A program made the translations under genes and the position numbers. From positions 288,001-352,000 of the forward strand of contig CBDDIJ010000003.1 in NCBI GenBank assembly GCA_965228855.1: a stretch of 64,000 nucleotides of DNA, read 5' to 3'. The notes beneath the pieces were generated by a model. That model was not told the DNA's origin and searched no databases. It saw nothing but the letters and a program-made list of their open reading frames with translations. Of the stretch, positions 28,532 through 38,107 are shown in pieces (within the stretch, counting starts at the first letter, position 1; every line of letters starts with the position of its first letter). Source of the DNA: Candidatus Obscuribacterales bacterium (lineage in GTDB: Bacteria > Cyanobacteriota > Vampirovibrionia > Obscuribacterales > Obscuribacteraceae).

Positions 28532-28740
28532 AGCTCTAAAGTGCTTGGTTTGCATTGTTCTCCCTTGCCAGAAAAAATCTACTCCTGGTAGATGGGAGCC
28601 TAAGAGGTCCGGAGCAGAGCCATCGCATTCCCGTTTCCTCGAAGGCTCTTATCAGGTGTGCCGGCGCGACAGCTTTGCGAAACAATGAGAGCTATATAAG
28701 AAATCGCCAAGTTGCAGAGCCGCGTTCAGTCGGGTAGATT
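28532..28740. ncRNA. Candidate structured ncRNA (rod-like, possibly 6S-like)
   Basis: Nested pairings: CATTGTT(28553)/AACAATG(28681), GATGGGAGCC(28591)/GGCTCTTATC(28644), GAGG/CCTC; local ATCTAC/GTAGAT hairpin. Confidence 0.35.
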
Positions 28741-28828
28741 GGGTTTTTCTTAGAAATATTGGGCACTTTGGAGCTACTGACATTGTCAATAATCCTCTAG
28801 ACTATGAACCGGCCTACTCAGGAGACGT

Positions 28829-29278
28829 GTGATGCAAAAGGACCGTAAACTTGCACTTACAGCCATGGTTATCGCGGCGCTTGGCGCTGGACTGCCAGCT
28901 TTCGCAGGCAGCAACGATTTCTTCGGTTCTCAGGTGCCCGAATCGTCGCCGGTGAACACACCGAAACAGACCTCCAATCCTTACGCAGACCCGACAGTGC
29001 CGCAGGGCGACTTCACTGCTGACGAAAAGCGCATGCAAAAGAAGTACAAAGCGAGTATCACGCACTGCAAAGGTTTAATCGCTAAAGGCACCAAAATGAT
29101 GGAAGCCGGTCAGCGTGGTAAAAACGACAAAGAATTCAAGAAAGGCAAGGTACTGAAGGAGATTGGTGAAAAGCAGCTTGCTGAACTCGCCGCCAATAAT
29201 CCGCTTGCTGACATACTTGATGACAAAGGCGCCGATAAAAAGAAAACTGCCGACTCTGGATCCGGTTCAACTCAGTAA
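28829..29278 (+). CDS. Exported hypothetical protein
   Basis: AGGAG RBS; signal peptide ending PAFA; Lys-rich helical body. Confidence 0.75.
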   Translation: MMQKDRKLALTAMVIAALGAGLPAFAGSNDFFGSQVPESSPVNTPKQTSNPYADPTVPQGDFTADEKRMQKKYKASITHCKGLIAKGTKMMEAGQRGKNDKEFKKGKVLKEIGEKQLAELAANNPLADILDDKGADKKKTADSGSGSTQ

Positions 29279-29339
29279 TCTGGTTGGCCGCGCTACCGAG
29301 ATTTGCATGACTCATCGGTGAAACAAGAGTTTGATTTTT

Positions 29340-29366
29340 ACGACTACGGTTAACGTAGTCGTTTTA
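29340..29366. promoter_or_regulatory. Perfect 9-bp inverted repeat upstream of cysK (operator or terminator)
   Basis: ACGACTACG-gttaa-CGTAGTCGT followed by TTT. Confidence 0.5.
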
Positions 29367-29390
29367 CTAGGTTTTGAAAGAAGAAAAAGA

Positions 29391-30353
29391 ATGCGACTTG
29401 ATATTACTGACGCAATAGGCAACACACCGCTAGTTAAGCTCAACAAGCTCACCGAGGGCTTGAAAGCGACCGTAGCCGTGAAACTGGAGTCGATGAATCC
29501 GCTTGGCTCTGTCAAAGATCGAATCGGAATTTCGATGGTTCGCGAGGCGGAGAAGGATAAATTGATTCATCCTGGATCGACGCTGCTCGTTGAGCCAACC
29601 TCTGGTAACACCGGCATCGCGTTGGCTTTTGTCGCGTCGGCGCGAGGGTATCGTCTGATTCTTACGATGCCGGAAACCATGTCGCTGGAGCGCAGAAATC
29701 TCTTATCGGCTCTTGGGGCTGAGTTAGTGCTGACCCCTGGAGCGGAAGGCATGAAAGGCGCTCTGGCTAAGGCTGAAGGTCTGGTCTCTGAGAATAGCGA
29801 TGCGTTTATGCTCCAGCAGTTCAACAACAAAGCTAATCCAAAAATCCATCGCGAAACGACGGCAGAGGAGATTTGGAAAGACAGCGAAGGCAAAGTCGAC
29901 ATATTCGTTGCCGGTGTTGGAACTGGTGGTACCATTACTGGTGTCGGTCAGGTTTTGAAACAGAAAAAGCCATCGGTAAAAATCGTCGCCGTCGAGCCGA
30001 AGGATAGTCCGATCATCACGCAGAGTTTGGCTGGGCAACCGCTGAAACCGTCGGGCCACAAGATTCAGGGTATTGGTGCCGGTTTTATTCCGGGCGTGCT
30101 CGACTTGTCGGTTATCGACGAAGTGTTCCTTGTATCAAATGACGAAGCCTTCGAGATGGGGCGCAAACTTCCGCGCGTGGAAGGAATTTTGGCTGGTATC
30201 AGTAGTGGTGCCACGGTTCATGCTGCTCTTGAAATTGCGAAGCGCCCTGAAAACGAAGGGAAGCTAATTGTCACCATCGTCGCCAGCACCGGGGAACGTT
30301 ATCTTTCTACGCCGTTGTTTCAGGGACAGCCCGCTGCTACTGCGAGCGGCTAA
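29391..30353 (+). CDS. cysK: Cysteine synthase A
   Basis: [51 protein letters not shown] 29391. Confidence 0.97.
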   Translation: MRLDITDAIGNTPLVKLNKLTEGLKATVAVKLESMNPLGSVKDRIGISMVREAEKDKLIHPGSTLLVEPTSGNTGIALAFVASARGYRLILTMPETMSLERRNLLSALGAELVLTPGAEGMKGALAKAEGLVSENSDAFMLQQFNNKANPKIHRETTAEEIWKDSEGKVDIFVAGVGTGGTITGVGQVLKQKKPSVKIVAVEPKDSPIITQSLAGQPLKPSGHKIQGIGAGFIPGVLDLSVIDEVFLVSNDEAFEMGRKLPRVEGILAGISSGATVHAALEIAKRPENEGKLIVTIVASTGERYLSTPLFQGQPAATASG

Positions 30354-30357
30354 GATA

Positions 30358-30428
30358 TAGCGGCTAGAACTGTAGCGGTAGAACTGTAGCGCTAGAACTG
30401 TAGGGCTAGAACTGTAGCGGCTAGAACT
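30358..30428. repeat. 14/15-bp tandem repeat, about 5 copies
   Basis: TAGCGGCTAGAACTG units; the three middle copies each lack a different base of the GCGGC core. Confidence 0.9.
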
Positions 30429-30476
30429 TCAAGGCCGCTATTATAAGCGGTTGTGCACCACAAAAGTTCGCATTAC

Positions 30477-30513
30477 AAAACGACGCCAGGATAATCCATC
30501 CGGCGTCGTTTAA
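30477..30513. terminator. Bidirectional terminator between convergent cysK and DHS-like genes
   Basis: AAAACGACGCCaGGAT...ATCCGGCGTCGTTT. Confidence 0.75.
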
Positions 30514-30566
30514 TTGCTTGAGTTTTCCGACTGAAACATTAGAGTTTCAATCGCTCGTTATGTGGC

Positions 30567-31592
30567 TTACTTGGTCTTTGATTTGCCCGAGACAAGCTCG
30601 CGCTCTTGAACGTGCGCACCAGAATCGAGCACGTATTGGAAGACCAGCGGAGCCACTATACTCGCGTCTGATTCAATCACGAAGCGAGGAGTTTCGGGAG
30701 TAATCTTGCCCCAGGTGATTTTCTCGTTCGGCACAGCTCCGCTATAACTTCCATAAGATGTGGTGCTATCCGAGATCTGGCAGAAGTAATCCCAGCACTT
30801 AACATGACCTTTGATGTCCTGCTCGATAAGCGGAACAACACAAATGGTGAAATCGCCCGCGATACCACCGCCAATCTGGAAGAAACCGAGCGAGTTCTTT
30901 TCGCTCTCGTCGATATACCAGTGAATCAGCTTTTCCATGGCTTCCAGACCGGACTTCATAATGCCGTAGCCTTTGATGTCTTTCTTGTAGATGTGCGACA
31001 CGAAGATGTTACCCATCGTCGAATCTTCCCAGCCCGGAGTCCAGATGGGCAGATTTTTCTCCGCTGCAGCCAGGAGCCATGAGTCTTTCGGATCAATTTG
31101 ATAGCTGTCTTTGAGCACTCCGCTCAGAAGCAGTTGATACATGTATTCGTAAGGGAAGTAGCGAGCGTTTTCTTGCTCAGCTTTCTTGTAGAGGTCCAGA
31201 AGCGGTTTTTCAACTTTTCTGAATGCGCTTTCTTCCGGAATACAAGTGTCGGTCACTCGGTTCATACCTTTGTCGCGTAACTCAACTTCCTGTTCGGCTG
31301 TCAGTTCGCGATAGTTTGGAATGCGGACATATTCATCGTGAGCGACGAGATTGAATATATCTTCTTCGAGGTTGGCGCCTGTGCAAGTGATGGCGTGAAC
31401 TTTGTCCTGCCGGATCATCTCAGCGAGCGAGACGCCGAGTTCCGCAGTACTCATTGCTCCAGCCATTGTGAGCAGCATCTTGCCGCCCTTCTCTAGGTGC
31501 GCAACATAAGCCTGGGAAGCGTCTTTCACCACAGCGGCATTGAAATGTCTGTAGTGATGATCGATAAAGGTTTTGATGTTCATTTTTTCCAT
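30567..31592 (-). CDS. Deoxyhypusine-synthase-like protein (probable polyamine/homospermidine biosynthesis)
   Basis: AGAMSTAELG, CTGANLEED, FQIGGGIAGDF, YGSYSGAVPNEKITWGK. Confidence 0.92.
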   Translation of the reverse strand: MEKMNIKTFIDHHYRHFNAAVVKDASQAYVAHLEKGGKMLLTMAGAMSTAELGVSLAEMIRQDKVHAITCTGANLEEDIFNLVAHDEYVRIPNYRELTAEQEVELRDKGMNRVTDTCIPEESAFRKVEKPLLDLYKKAEQENARYFPYEYMYQLLLSGVLKDSYQIDPKDSWLLAAAEKNLPIWTPGWEDSTMGNIFVSHIYKKDIKGYGIMKSGLEAMEKLIHWYIDESEKNSLGFFQIGGGIAGDFTICVVPLIEQDIKGHVKCWDYFCQISDSTTSYGSYSGAVPNEKITWGKITPETPRFVIESDASIVAPLVFQYVLDSGAHVQERELVSGKSKTK

Positions 31593-31733
31593 TCACCTGC
31601 AAAGTAGCTTTGACCGGGTTCAACCCAGTCGGTACATGCGTTTTACTCTGCGTATTCTATATAAAAGATGTTCTTTAGAAGGTGTTTTTGAGGAAAGTTG
31701 ACGTAACTGAATAAGACTTAATCTTTCCGAAAC

Positions 31734-32651
31734 TCACTTAGCTGGCGCAGCGCCTTGCAAATTGCCTTCAGCGAGCTTTGCGTTTTTCTCCAGAAAGCCC
31801 TTCAACCCTTCGACGTACAGTGTCCAGTCTTTCGAGAAATCATTGTGCGTGCTGTTTGGACCAATGATAAGTTGCTTGGACTCGCTGCCCTCTGCGAACA
31901 TTTTTTCACTGTGGTGGACCGGAATCATATCGTCCAATTTGCCGGCAAACAAGAGAAGAGGTGGATGTTTCCCTCTCACGTAATCTAGATTGTCCAGCGT
32001 CGGCTCCATCATCAAAATCGATGGATAGATATTTAGCGCCTGAATTTTCTCCTTCGCTCTTTGCTCCGGAGATGTGAAACCCGATTCTAAAATGATGGCT
32101 TTGCTTTTTCGCCGACGGGCAATCTCGGTGGAAATGCCAGTGCCGACCGATTCTCCGTAAAGCACGATATTTTCCGGCGAATAGTGTTTCTCATTTACAA
32201 GATAATCAAAGGCGGCAACTCCGTCGTTGATCACACCGCGGATCGAGGGCTCTCCCGTGCTTTTGCCATAGCCTCGGTAATCGTACGCAAGGACGCTGAT
32301 ACCGCAGTCAAGCATAGCTCGTAGTTTTTCAATCCGATTATCGAGGTCGGAAGCGTTGCCGTGACTCATCAGAATTACATCGGGCGTTCCCGATTTTCTG
32401 TAAAACATTCCGTTGACAGTCGCACCTTCAACTGGAATCGAAACCTCTTCTGCTTGCACACCGGACAGAACTTTCATGTTGTCGTTGTGCTTCTCAATAT
32501 GATTTGGATGAAACAGAATCGCATTTACCAGCGGCTCATTCAGGCGAGGCGACAGGTAGAAATAGAGCCCGATGATCACCAGAACTTGAACCGAAGCGAG
32601 AGCTATAATCACCCGCTTCCAAAAACCTTTGGTTTTTAGAAAATTCATCAT
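31734..32651 (-). CDS. Membrane-anchored alpha/beta hydrolase
   Basis: N-terminal TM; HGNA, DYRGYGKS, GESVG nucleophile elbow, later D and H. Confidence 0.92.
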   Translation of the reverse strand: MMNFLKTKGFWKRVIIALASVQVLVIIGLYFYLSPRLNEPLVNAILFHPNHIEKHNDNMKVLSGVQAEEVSIPVEGATVNGMFYRKSGTPDVILMSHGNASDLDNRIEKLRAMLDCGISVLAYDYRGYGKSTGEPSIRGVINDGVAAFDYLVNEKHYSPENIVLYGESVGTGISTEIARRRKSKAIILESGFTSPEQRAKEKIQALNIYPSILMMEPTLDNLDYVRGKHPPLLLFAGKLDDMIPVHHSEKMFAEGSESKQLIIGPNSTHNDFSKDWTLYVEGLKGFLEKNAKLAEGNLQGAAPAK

Positions 32652-32669
32652 TCAAGCAAATCGCCTTTC

Positions 32670-35600
32670 TTAGAGTCCGCCCTCGATTTCGTCCTCGTCA
32701 TCGTAGTCCGAGTAAGGGTCCCATGTATCGGGCTGTTTGCTGGTCGCTGTCGCTCCTTGCGAGAGGCGCTGCTGCTGCGCCTGCTGTGAAGTTGGCGAGA
32801 CTGATTGGTGAACAGCTTGCGCTCCCGCTTGTGCTGCCGGAGGTGCCGCCTGCTGCGCTGCGGGCGGAACTGCCTGCGCTGCTGAAGGAGCGGCAGGCGT
32901 TTGCTGTGCCGTTGGCTGAGGAGTTTGCGCTGGATTGGAAACTTGTATAGATTGCCCTGGCTGCTGAGACTGCGAGATGGTGCCGCTCAGGTTGGTTCCA
33001 TAAGGCTGTGGCATTTGCCCTTGCACCATATTCGGTGGCATCTGCGATTGCTGGATCTGCGGCTGGGGTTGTGGAGCAGAGAGCTGATTCCCAGTGGCCG
33101 GAACCGGCTGTCCCGCGGCGTATGGACGTGGATAACCCTGACTGTCTGGTGCGCCCGGCTGGCCGAGTTGAACTCCTGCAGGCATTCCCTGGGGACCATT
33201 GGGATTCTGCGGTGGGAGGGGACCGGTGGCGACTTGCGCTGGTGGTAAGTTTTGCGACGCTCCAGCGGGAGTTTGCATGCCCTGTTGGACAGCCTGGTGT
33301 TGCCCAGTAGGCGACCGGTGGGAGTTCTGTTGAGGCATACCGGGTTGCTGGGGCACTGCTGCGTATCCAGTACCGGATGCGGTGCCTGGCTGTGTTGGCA
33401 TCGCGGGGGCACCAGGGTGCTGCGGGACCGATGCATATCCAGTACCGGATGCGGTGCCTTGCTGTGTTGGCATCGAGGGGGCACCAGGGTGCTGCGGGAC
33501 CGCTGCATACCCAGTACCGGATGCGGTGCCTTGCTGTGTTGGCATCGCGGGGGCACCAGGGTGCTGCGGGACCGCTGCATACCCAGTACCGGATGCGGTG
33601 CCTGGCTGTGGTGGCGTCGCTGGGGCACCAGGGTGTTGCGGGACCGCTGCATAACCAGTACCGGATGCGGTGCCTGGATGTGGTGGTATCGCCGGGGTAC
33701 CAGTCGGTTGTTGGACCGCTGCATATCCAGTGCCGGACGCGGCGCCCGGCTGTGCCACCTGAGACGGTGCCATTGGATTTTGCGCAGTTTGGATCGCGGA
33801 TATGTTTGGATGTTGACCTGATGCTTGTTGCAGCTGCGTGCTTTGCTGTGACTGGATACCGTGCGGTATTTGCGACGGCTGCGCCGGTTGTGGTTGACCG
33901 GGGGAAATCTGTCCATGCATTGGTGCGGAGACCTGTGCTGGGATTGCAAGATTTTGCGAAGTCGGCTTCACGAGTCCCGAAAGCTGTTGTGTGGTTGACG
34001 AGGAATTTTGTGCCCCTGTCTGATTCTGCCCTGCGGCTGGACCGAGACCCTGGGAGCTTGACTGTTGAGGGGGAGGCAGCGCCGTGGTTCCTGGCTGCTG
34101 TTGCGCTGGGTTCGTCGGCAGAGAGTTGGATTGTGAATCCGTCCCTTGCGAGACAGCTAGAGGTGAACCGACTTGGGTCGCAGCCGACTGAGAGCTACCA
34201 GGCTGTGGAGAACTTGGTCCCGGAATTCCGAAGCCTCTCTTCTCGGGAAGCCCTGGAACGTAATCGTTTTTTTCCTCTCCGGGCGCATTTTGTTGCGTCG
34301 CTCCGGCAGGAGACGCTTGAGATCCTGCCGCCTGCATGGGGGGCTCGTCCGGAGTCGGGAGCGGTACGCGCACCGGGGCTGGTATCGAGACTGGTGCGCT
34401 CTCTTGCGAGATTGTATGTTCGTCTGAACGCGCAGTTGCCACAGTGGCTTCTTCCACAAATTTGAGCAAGGACTGCGTTCCAGTGCGTTCGCCATCGAAT
34501 CCGCCAGGTGCCACCGCCGGCGATGCCGCAGAGGTGGGCGGACTCACAGGCTTAATCACCGGACCTATGACGGAGGAAATTTTGGACGGCTCCGTTCTTT
34601 GCTCGAAATCTACACCACCATCATGAGGTTCCTGGGACTTCTCGGAAGGTGGAGACGGCTGAGCTTGAACTGGCTGAGCTTGAACTGGCTGAGCTTGAAC
34701 TGGCTGAGCTTGAACTGGCTGAGCTTGAACTGGCTGAGCTTGAACTGGCTGAGCTTGAACTGGCTGAGCTTGCACTGGCTGAGCTTGAACTGGCTGAGCT
34801 TGAACTGGCTGAGCTTGAACTGGCTGAGCTTGAACTGGCTGAGCTTGAACTGGCTGAGCTTGAACTGGCTGAGCTTGCACTGGCTGCGCTTGCACTGGCT
34901 GAGCTTGGACTGGCTGCGCTTGCTCCGGCGGCGCTGGTCGTTGTGATACCGGTCGCGGTGGCAGTGGCGCAGGCGTGCCGCTCGGATGCTCTCCGGCTCT
35001 TGCGAGTGTTGCCGCGAGAGCAACTTTCGCTTGAACCTCTTGAGTTGTTTCTCGCATACTCTTCATCACTGCGCTGAAAATTTCAATGAGAAAAGGATCC
35101 CATTGTTTCCCCGCACCATCCTTCAGTACGCGCAATGCTTCGTCGTGCGTCATCGCGGGACGATATGGTCGCTCACTGATCATCGCGTGATACGAATCGA
35201 CAATTGCGACGATACGAGCCGGTAATGGAATATTCTCGCCCTTCAGACCTTTCGGGTATCCAGTACCATCCCAGCGTTCATGGTGATTTTCCAGGATCTC
35301 GCAAATGTCTTTCAAGGCGCGCACTGGTCGCAGCATCTGGGCACCGAGCGTTGCGTGCTGATTGACCTGCTCTCTTTCTTCTCGAGTCAGTTGACCTTCT
35401 TTGTGCAAGAGTTCTTGTGGTAGCTGAAGTACGCCGACATCGTGAAGCAATCCAGCTACGCGAATCTGTTCCACCTGTTGTGCGGACAAACCCATGACCT
35501 TCGCCAGAAGTTCGCTCATGCGTGCGACTTCCAAATGGTGCTGCTTGTTGTAGTCTGACTTGGCATACAGAGAAGCTGCCAGCGATTTGACCATGTCCAC

Positions 35601-37832
35601 TACTTCAGGAACGAGCTCTTCGTGCTGACGCGCCTCTTCTGATATCACAGGCGGTGTGAAGGGACCATCGCGCAGATCCTTTGCCACATCTTCAGTTTTC
35701 TTGTCTTGTTCCGGTGCCGGCTCGAACATCAAATCAGCGGCCGTGTGCACCTGATCGCGACCCATCCGCTTCGAGAGATACAATGCTTTGTCAGCGAGGT
35801 CGAGCATTGCTTGCTGACTGTCCGCATCATCAGGAAAACTGGCAACGCCGAAACTGCCAGTAATGCTTATTTCGACGTCTTCGTGCTTAATCGGCTCACT
35901 CTTAAGAGCAACACGGATACGTTCGGCCACCACGGTAGCGCCGTCTTGTGTGACTTCAGGCAAAACGAGCAGGAATTCTTCACCGCCGTATCTGACTGGA
36001 ATATCAACGTCACGGCAGCTGTTGCGAATTAGTCTTGCAACGGATTTCAGAACCGTGTCTCCTGCCGGGTGACCGTGCGTGTCATTGATAGATTTGAAAT
36101 GGTCCACGTCCAGCATGATCACGGAGATGCGTCTTTGATAGCGCTCCGCTTGCTTCATTTGATCGGCGAGTTTTTCCTGGCCGGTTCTGTGGTTAAACAG
36201 GCCTGTGAGACCGTCTGTGGTGGCTTGACGTTGAACCGTCGCATACAGGCGAGCGTTAACGACGCCTACTGCAACCTGGTCTACGACCGACTTCATAAAG
36301 GTTTCGTTGATACGGCTCCAATTCGCCTTTGCCTCGCATTTGTAGCCGACAAGGAGCCCTTGAAGTTTTTGCTCGTAGGTAATTGGAATCAGGAACAAAG
36401 ATTGGATCGCAAATCCGGATTTCAAAATCTTGTGAAATGGATCGAGTCGGCGGTCGCTGGCTGCTTCATTCGAAATTATTGCTTGATCTGCCTGGAAGTT
36501 CTTCTTGAAGATTTCGAAGATATCGAGGTCTCGATCGTATGCCACCACTTTGTAGGCTTTGTCCGATACGCACTCAACTCGAATCGTGTCTTCAGGTTCC
36601 GCTTCATTCGGCATGACGATGAAAGTGCTGTCGAGCGAGAACCACCCGGAAAGCGCTTCCAGCATCTCTTCCAGGTTCTCTCGAATGTGAAATGATTTCC
36701 GGATTATGTTACTGATTCGGTGTAACAAATTATCCTGGTGACGCTGAACTTCACCTTCTCGACGCAATTGTTCCAACTGCGAATTGCGTTGAATAGTATC
36801 TTGTCTATCGATTGAGAGCTGTTCGTGCGCCTTCTCCAATCGCTGCGCATAGTCTTCGAGCAGTTGCAATTGCACGGCTAGTTCGCGTTCAGACTTGCGA
36901 TGTCGCAGCGATGAACTGACACGGGCTAGCAACTCAGCATCGAAGCACGAGTCCGGGATGCAGTCGTCCGCTCCGACGTTTAGCCCTTCTACGCGGGCCG
37001 TCGTCGAGTTCTCCGTAACAACGAGAATTACCGGAATGTGTTTCCACTTTGTACTTTCCTTTAGTACTTTGCAAAAGCCGAAGCCTGATGCTCCTTGCAA
37101 GTCGCTGTCGACGAGGATTACATCCACTCTCGCACTTTCAAAAGTTTCCAGCGCTTTCTCACTGGTTTCAGCTTCCAGAACGTGATACGAACTACCGAGA
37201 ATCCGATTAAAACGACGTCTTACCAGTCGGTTGGAATGAACGATCAAAACATTGTCAGCATCGCCTTTGCTGTCCGTCGATTTCAACGACTTAGATGACG
37301 CTGTAAACTCGCCGAACAAGCCAGTTCTGCTAGCCAAGTGCTCTCCCATGAGTTTGAGCGTCATCATGTCCTGCGATGTGATGTCGCGCGACGCGTCAAA
37401 CGATATAACCCGTATGAGTCCCGTCACTTCGCCCTCTCCGGCGCTCGGGTTGCTCAGTACCGGAACAATCATGTATGGAAAACCCTCGGTCTCCTCATCA
37501 AGACCTTGTTCGATATCTTCCACCGAATATGCTTTACCGATCCAAGAACGCCTGGTTTCTTTGACCTTCTGCGCAACTAGTGTGTTTGCCGTGGTAATTG
37601 GTTGCTTATTCTCGTCAAGCAGCGCTTCAACAAATTCGCCTGCCACATCCGCCTCGTCTTCGAAGCAAAATGACGCGACGTTCTTGATTTCATGACCTGC
37701 GGACACGTCGATGAAACCGAAGTCGAAACCCAAAATCTGGCAAATGTGTCGGCGAATCGCATCAAGGAATTCTCCCTTGGATTGCGATTGGTCGTCGTCT
37801 TTTATCGGTAAATTTTCGTCTAAATCGGACAC
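32670..37832 (-). CDS. REC-GAF-GGDEF-HD-GYP c-di-GMP signalling protein with a ~790-aa P/Q-rich repetitive tail
   Basis: Receiver (VILVDSD..G), TDGLTGLFNH, RDVD I-site, RYGGEEF, LLHDVG, HHERWDGTGYP. Confidence 0.93.
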   Translation of the reverse strand: MSDLDENLPIKDDDQSQSKGEFLDAIRRHICQILGFDFGFIDVSAGHEIKNVASFCFEDEADVAGEFVEALLDENKQPITTANTLVAQKVKETRRSWIGKAYSVEDIEQGLDEETEGFPYMIVPVLSNPSAGEGEVTGLIRVISFDASRDITSQDMMTLKLMGEHLASRTGLFGEFTASSKSLKSTDSKGDADNVLIVHSNRLVRRRFNRILGSSYHVLEAETSEKALETFESARVDVILVDSDLQGASGFGFCKVLKESTKWKHIPVILVVTENSTTARVEGLNVGADDCIPDSCFDAELLARVSSSLRHRKSERELAVQLQLLEDYAQRLEKAHEQLSIDRQDTIQRNSQLEQLRREGEVQRHQDNLLHRISNIIRKSFHIRENLEEMLEALSGWFSLDSTFIVMPNEAEPEDTIRVECVSDKAYKVVAYDRDLDIFEIFKKNFQADQAIISNEAASDRRLDPFHKILKSGFAIQSLFLIPITYEQKLQGLLVGYKCEAKANWSRINETFMKSVVDQVAVGVVNARLYATVQRQATTDGLTGLFNHRTGQEKLADQMKQAERYQRRISVIMLDVDHFKSINDTHGHPAGDTVLKSVARLIRNSCRDVDIPVRYGGEEFLLVLPEVTQDGATVVAERIRVALKSEPIKHEDVEISITGSFGVASFPDDADSQQAMLDLADKALYLSKRMGRDQVHTAADLMFEPAPEQDKKTEDVAKDLRDGPFTPPVISEEARQHEELVPEVVDMVKSLAASLYAKSDYNKQHHLEVARMSELLAKVMGLSAQQVEQIRVAGLLHDVGVLQLPQELLHKEGQLTREEREQVNQHATLGAQMLRPVRALKDICEILENHHERWDGTGYPKGLKGENIPLPARIVAIVDSYHAMISERPYRPAMTHDEALRVLKDGAGKQWDPFLIEIFSAVMKSMRETTQEVQAKVALAATLARAGEHPSGTPAPLPPRPVSQRPAPPEQAQPVQAQPVQAQPVQAQPVQAQPVQAQPVQAQPVQAQPVQAQPVQAQPVQAQPVQAQPVQAQPVQAQPVQAQPVQAQPVQAQPVQAQPSPPSEKSQEPHDGGVDFEQRTEPSKISSVIGPVIKPVSPPTSAASPAVAPGGFDGERTGTQSLLKFVEEATVATARSDEHTISQESAPVSIPAPVRVPLPTPDEPPMQAAGSQASPAGATQQNAPGEEKNDYVPGLPEKRGFGIPGPSSPQPGSSQSAATQVGSPLAVSQGTDSQSNSLPTNPAQQQPGTTALPPPQQSSSQGLGPAAGQNQTGAQNSSSTTQQLSGLVKPTSQNLAIPAQVSAPMHGQISPGQPQPAQPSQIPHGIQSQQSTQLQQASGQHPNISAIQTAQNPMAPSQVAQPGAASGTGYAAVQQPTGTPAIPPHPGTASGTGYAAVPQHPGAPATPPQPGTASGTGYAAVPQHPGAPAMPTQQGTASGTGYAAVPQHPGAPSMPTQQGTASGTGYASVPQHPGAPAMPTQPGTASGTGYAAVPQQPGMPQQNSHRSPTGQHQAVQQGMQTPAGASQNLPPAQVATGPLPPQNPNGPQGMPAGVQLGQPGAPDSQGYPRPYAAGQPVPATGNQLSAPQPQPQIQQSQMPPNMVQGQMPQPYGTNLSGTISQSQQPGQSIQVSNPAQTPQPTAQQTPAAPSAAQAVPPAAQQAAPPAAQAGAQAVHQSVSPTSQQAQQQRLSQGATATSKQPDTWDPYSDYDDEDEIEGGL
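33340..33755 (-). repeat. 72-bp coding tandem repeat (24 aa), about 6 copies
   Basis: GTASGTGYAAVPQHPGAPAMPTQQ units; CCAGT(A/G)CC recurs at 33367, 33439, 33511, 33583, 33655, 33727. Confidence 0.92.
34657..34923 (-). repeat. 15-bp coding tandem repeat (AQPVQ), about 17-18 copies
   Basis: GGCTGAGCTTGAACT repeated almost perfectly. Confidence 0.97.
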
Positions 37833-38107
37833 TGGATTTTCGTTCTAGCTTATTAGCTGCCATTCTTGCTACGGCGGACAGCTTAATATACCCCCTATTA
37901 CTTAAGCTTATTCAATTCAAATGCGTTTTTCACGCGCTTTTCAAAATTAACCTTTGGAGCCACCGGAATGCGCCACCCTGCTGGACCCCACAGGGTATTA
38001 CCACTGCATATATTTTGTGGAAAACCTTTTGCGCTGTTCGGTTGTGAAGGGGCGAGATCTATTTTTCCGGGCATTATCATTTAAGAACAGCACCCGAGAA
38101 CTGGCAG

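Noticed and set aside
28600..28660. SRP RNA, SAM or cobalamin riboswitch (AGGTCCGGAG, CTTATC and minus-strand AAACGGGAA fragments)
   Set aside because: Only isolated short matches; the remaining conserved elements are missing
32987..34465. 320-aa and 362-aa repeat ORFs
   Set aside because: Alternative-frame and antisense shadows of the 72-bp coding repeat
34599..35077. ORFs with LSLNW, ELAEL or KLSQF repeats that look like pentapeptide or leucine-rich proteins
   Set aside because: Shadow frames of the AQPVQ 15-bp repeat inside the 1720-aa gene
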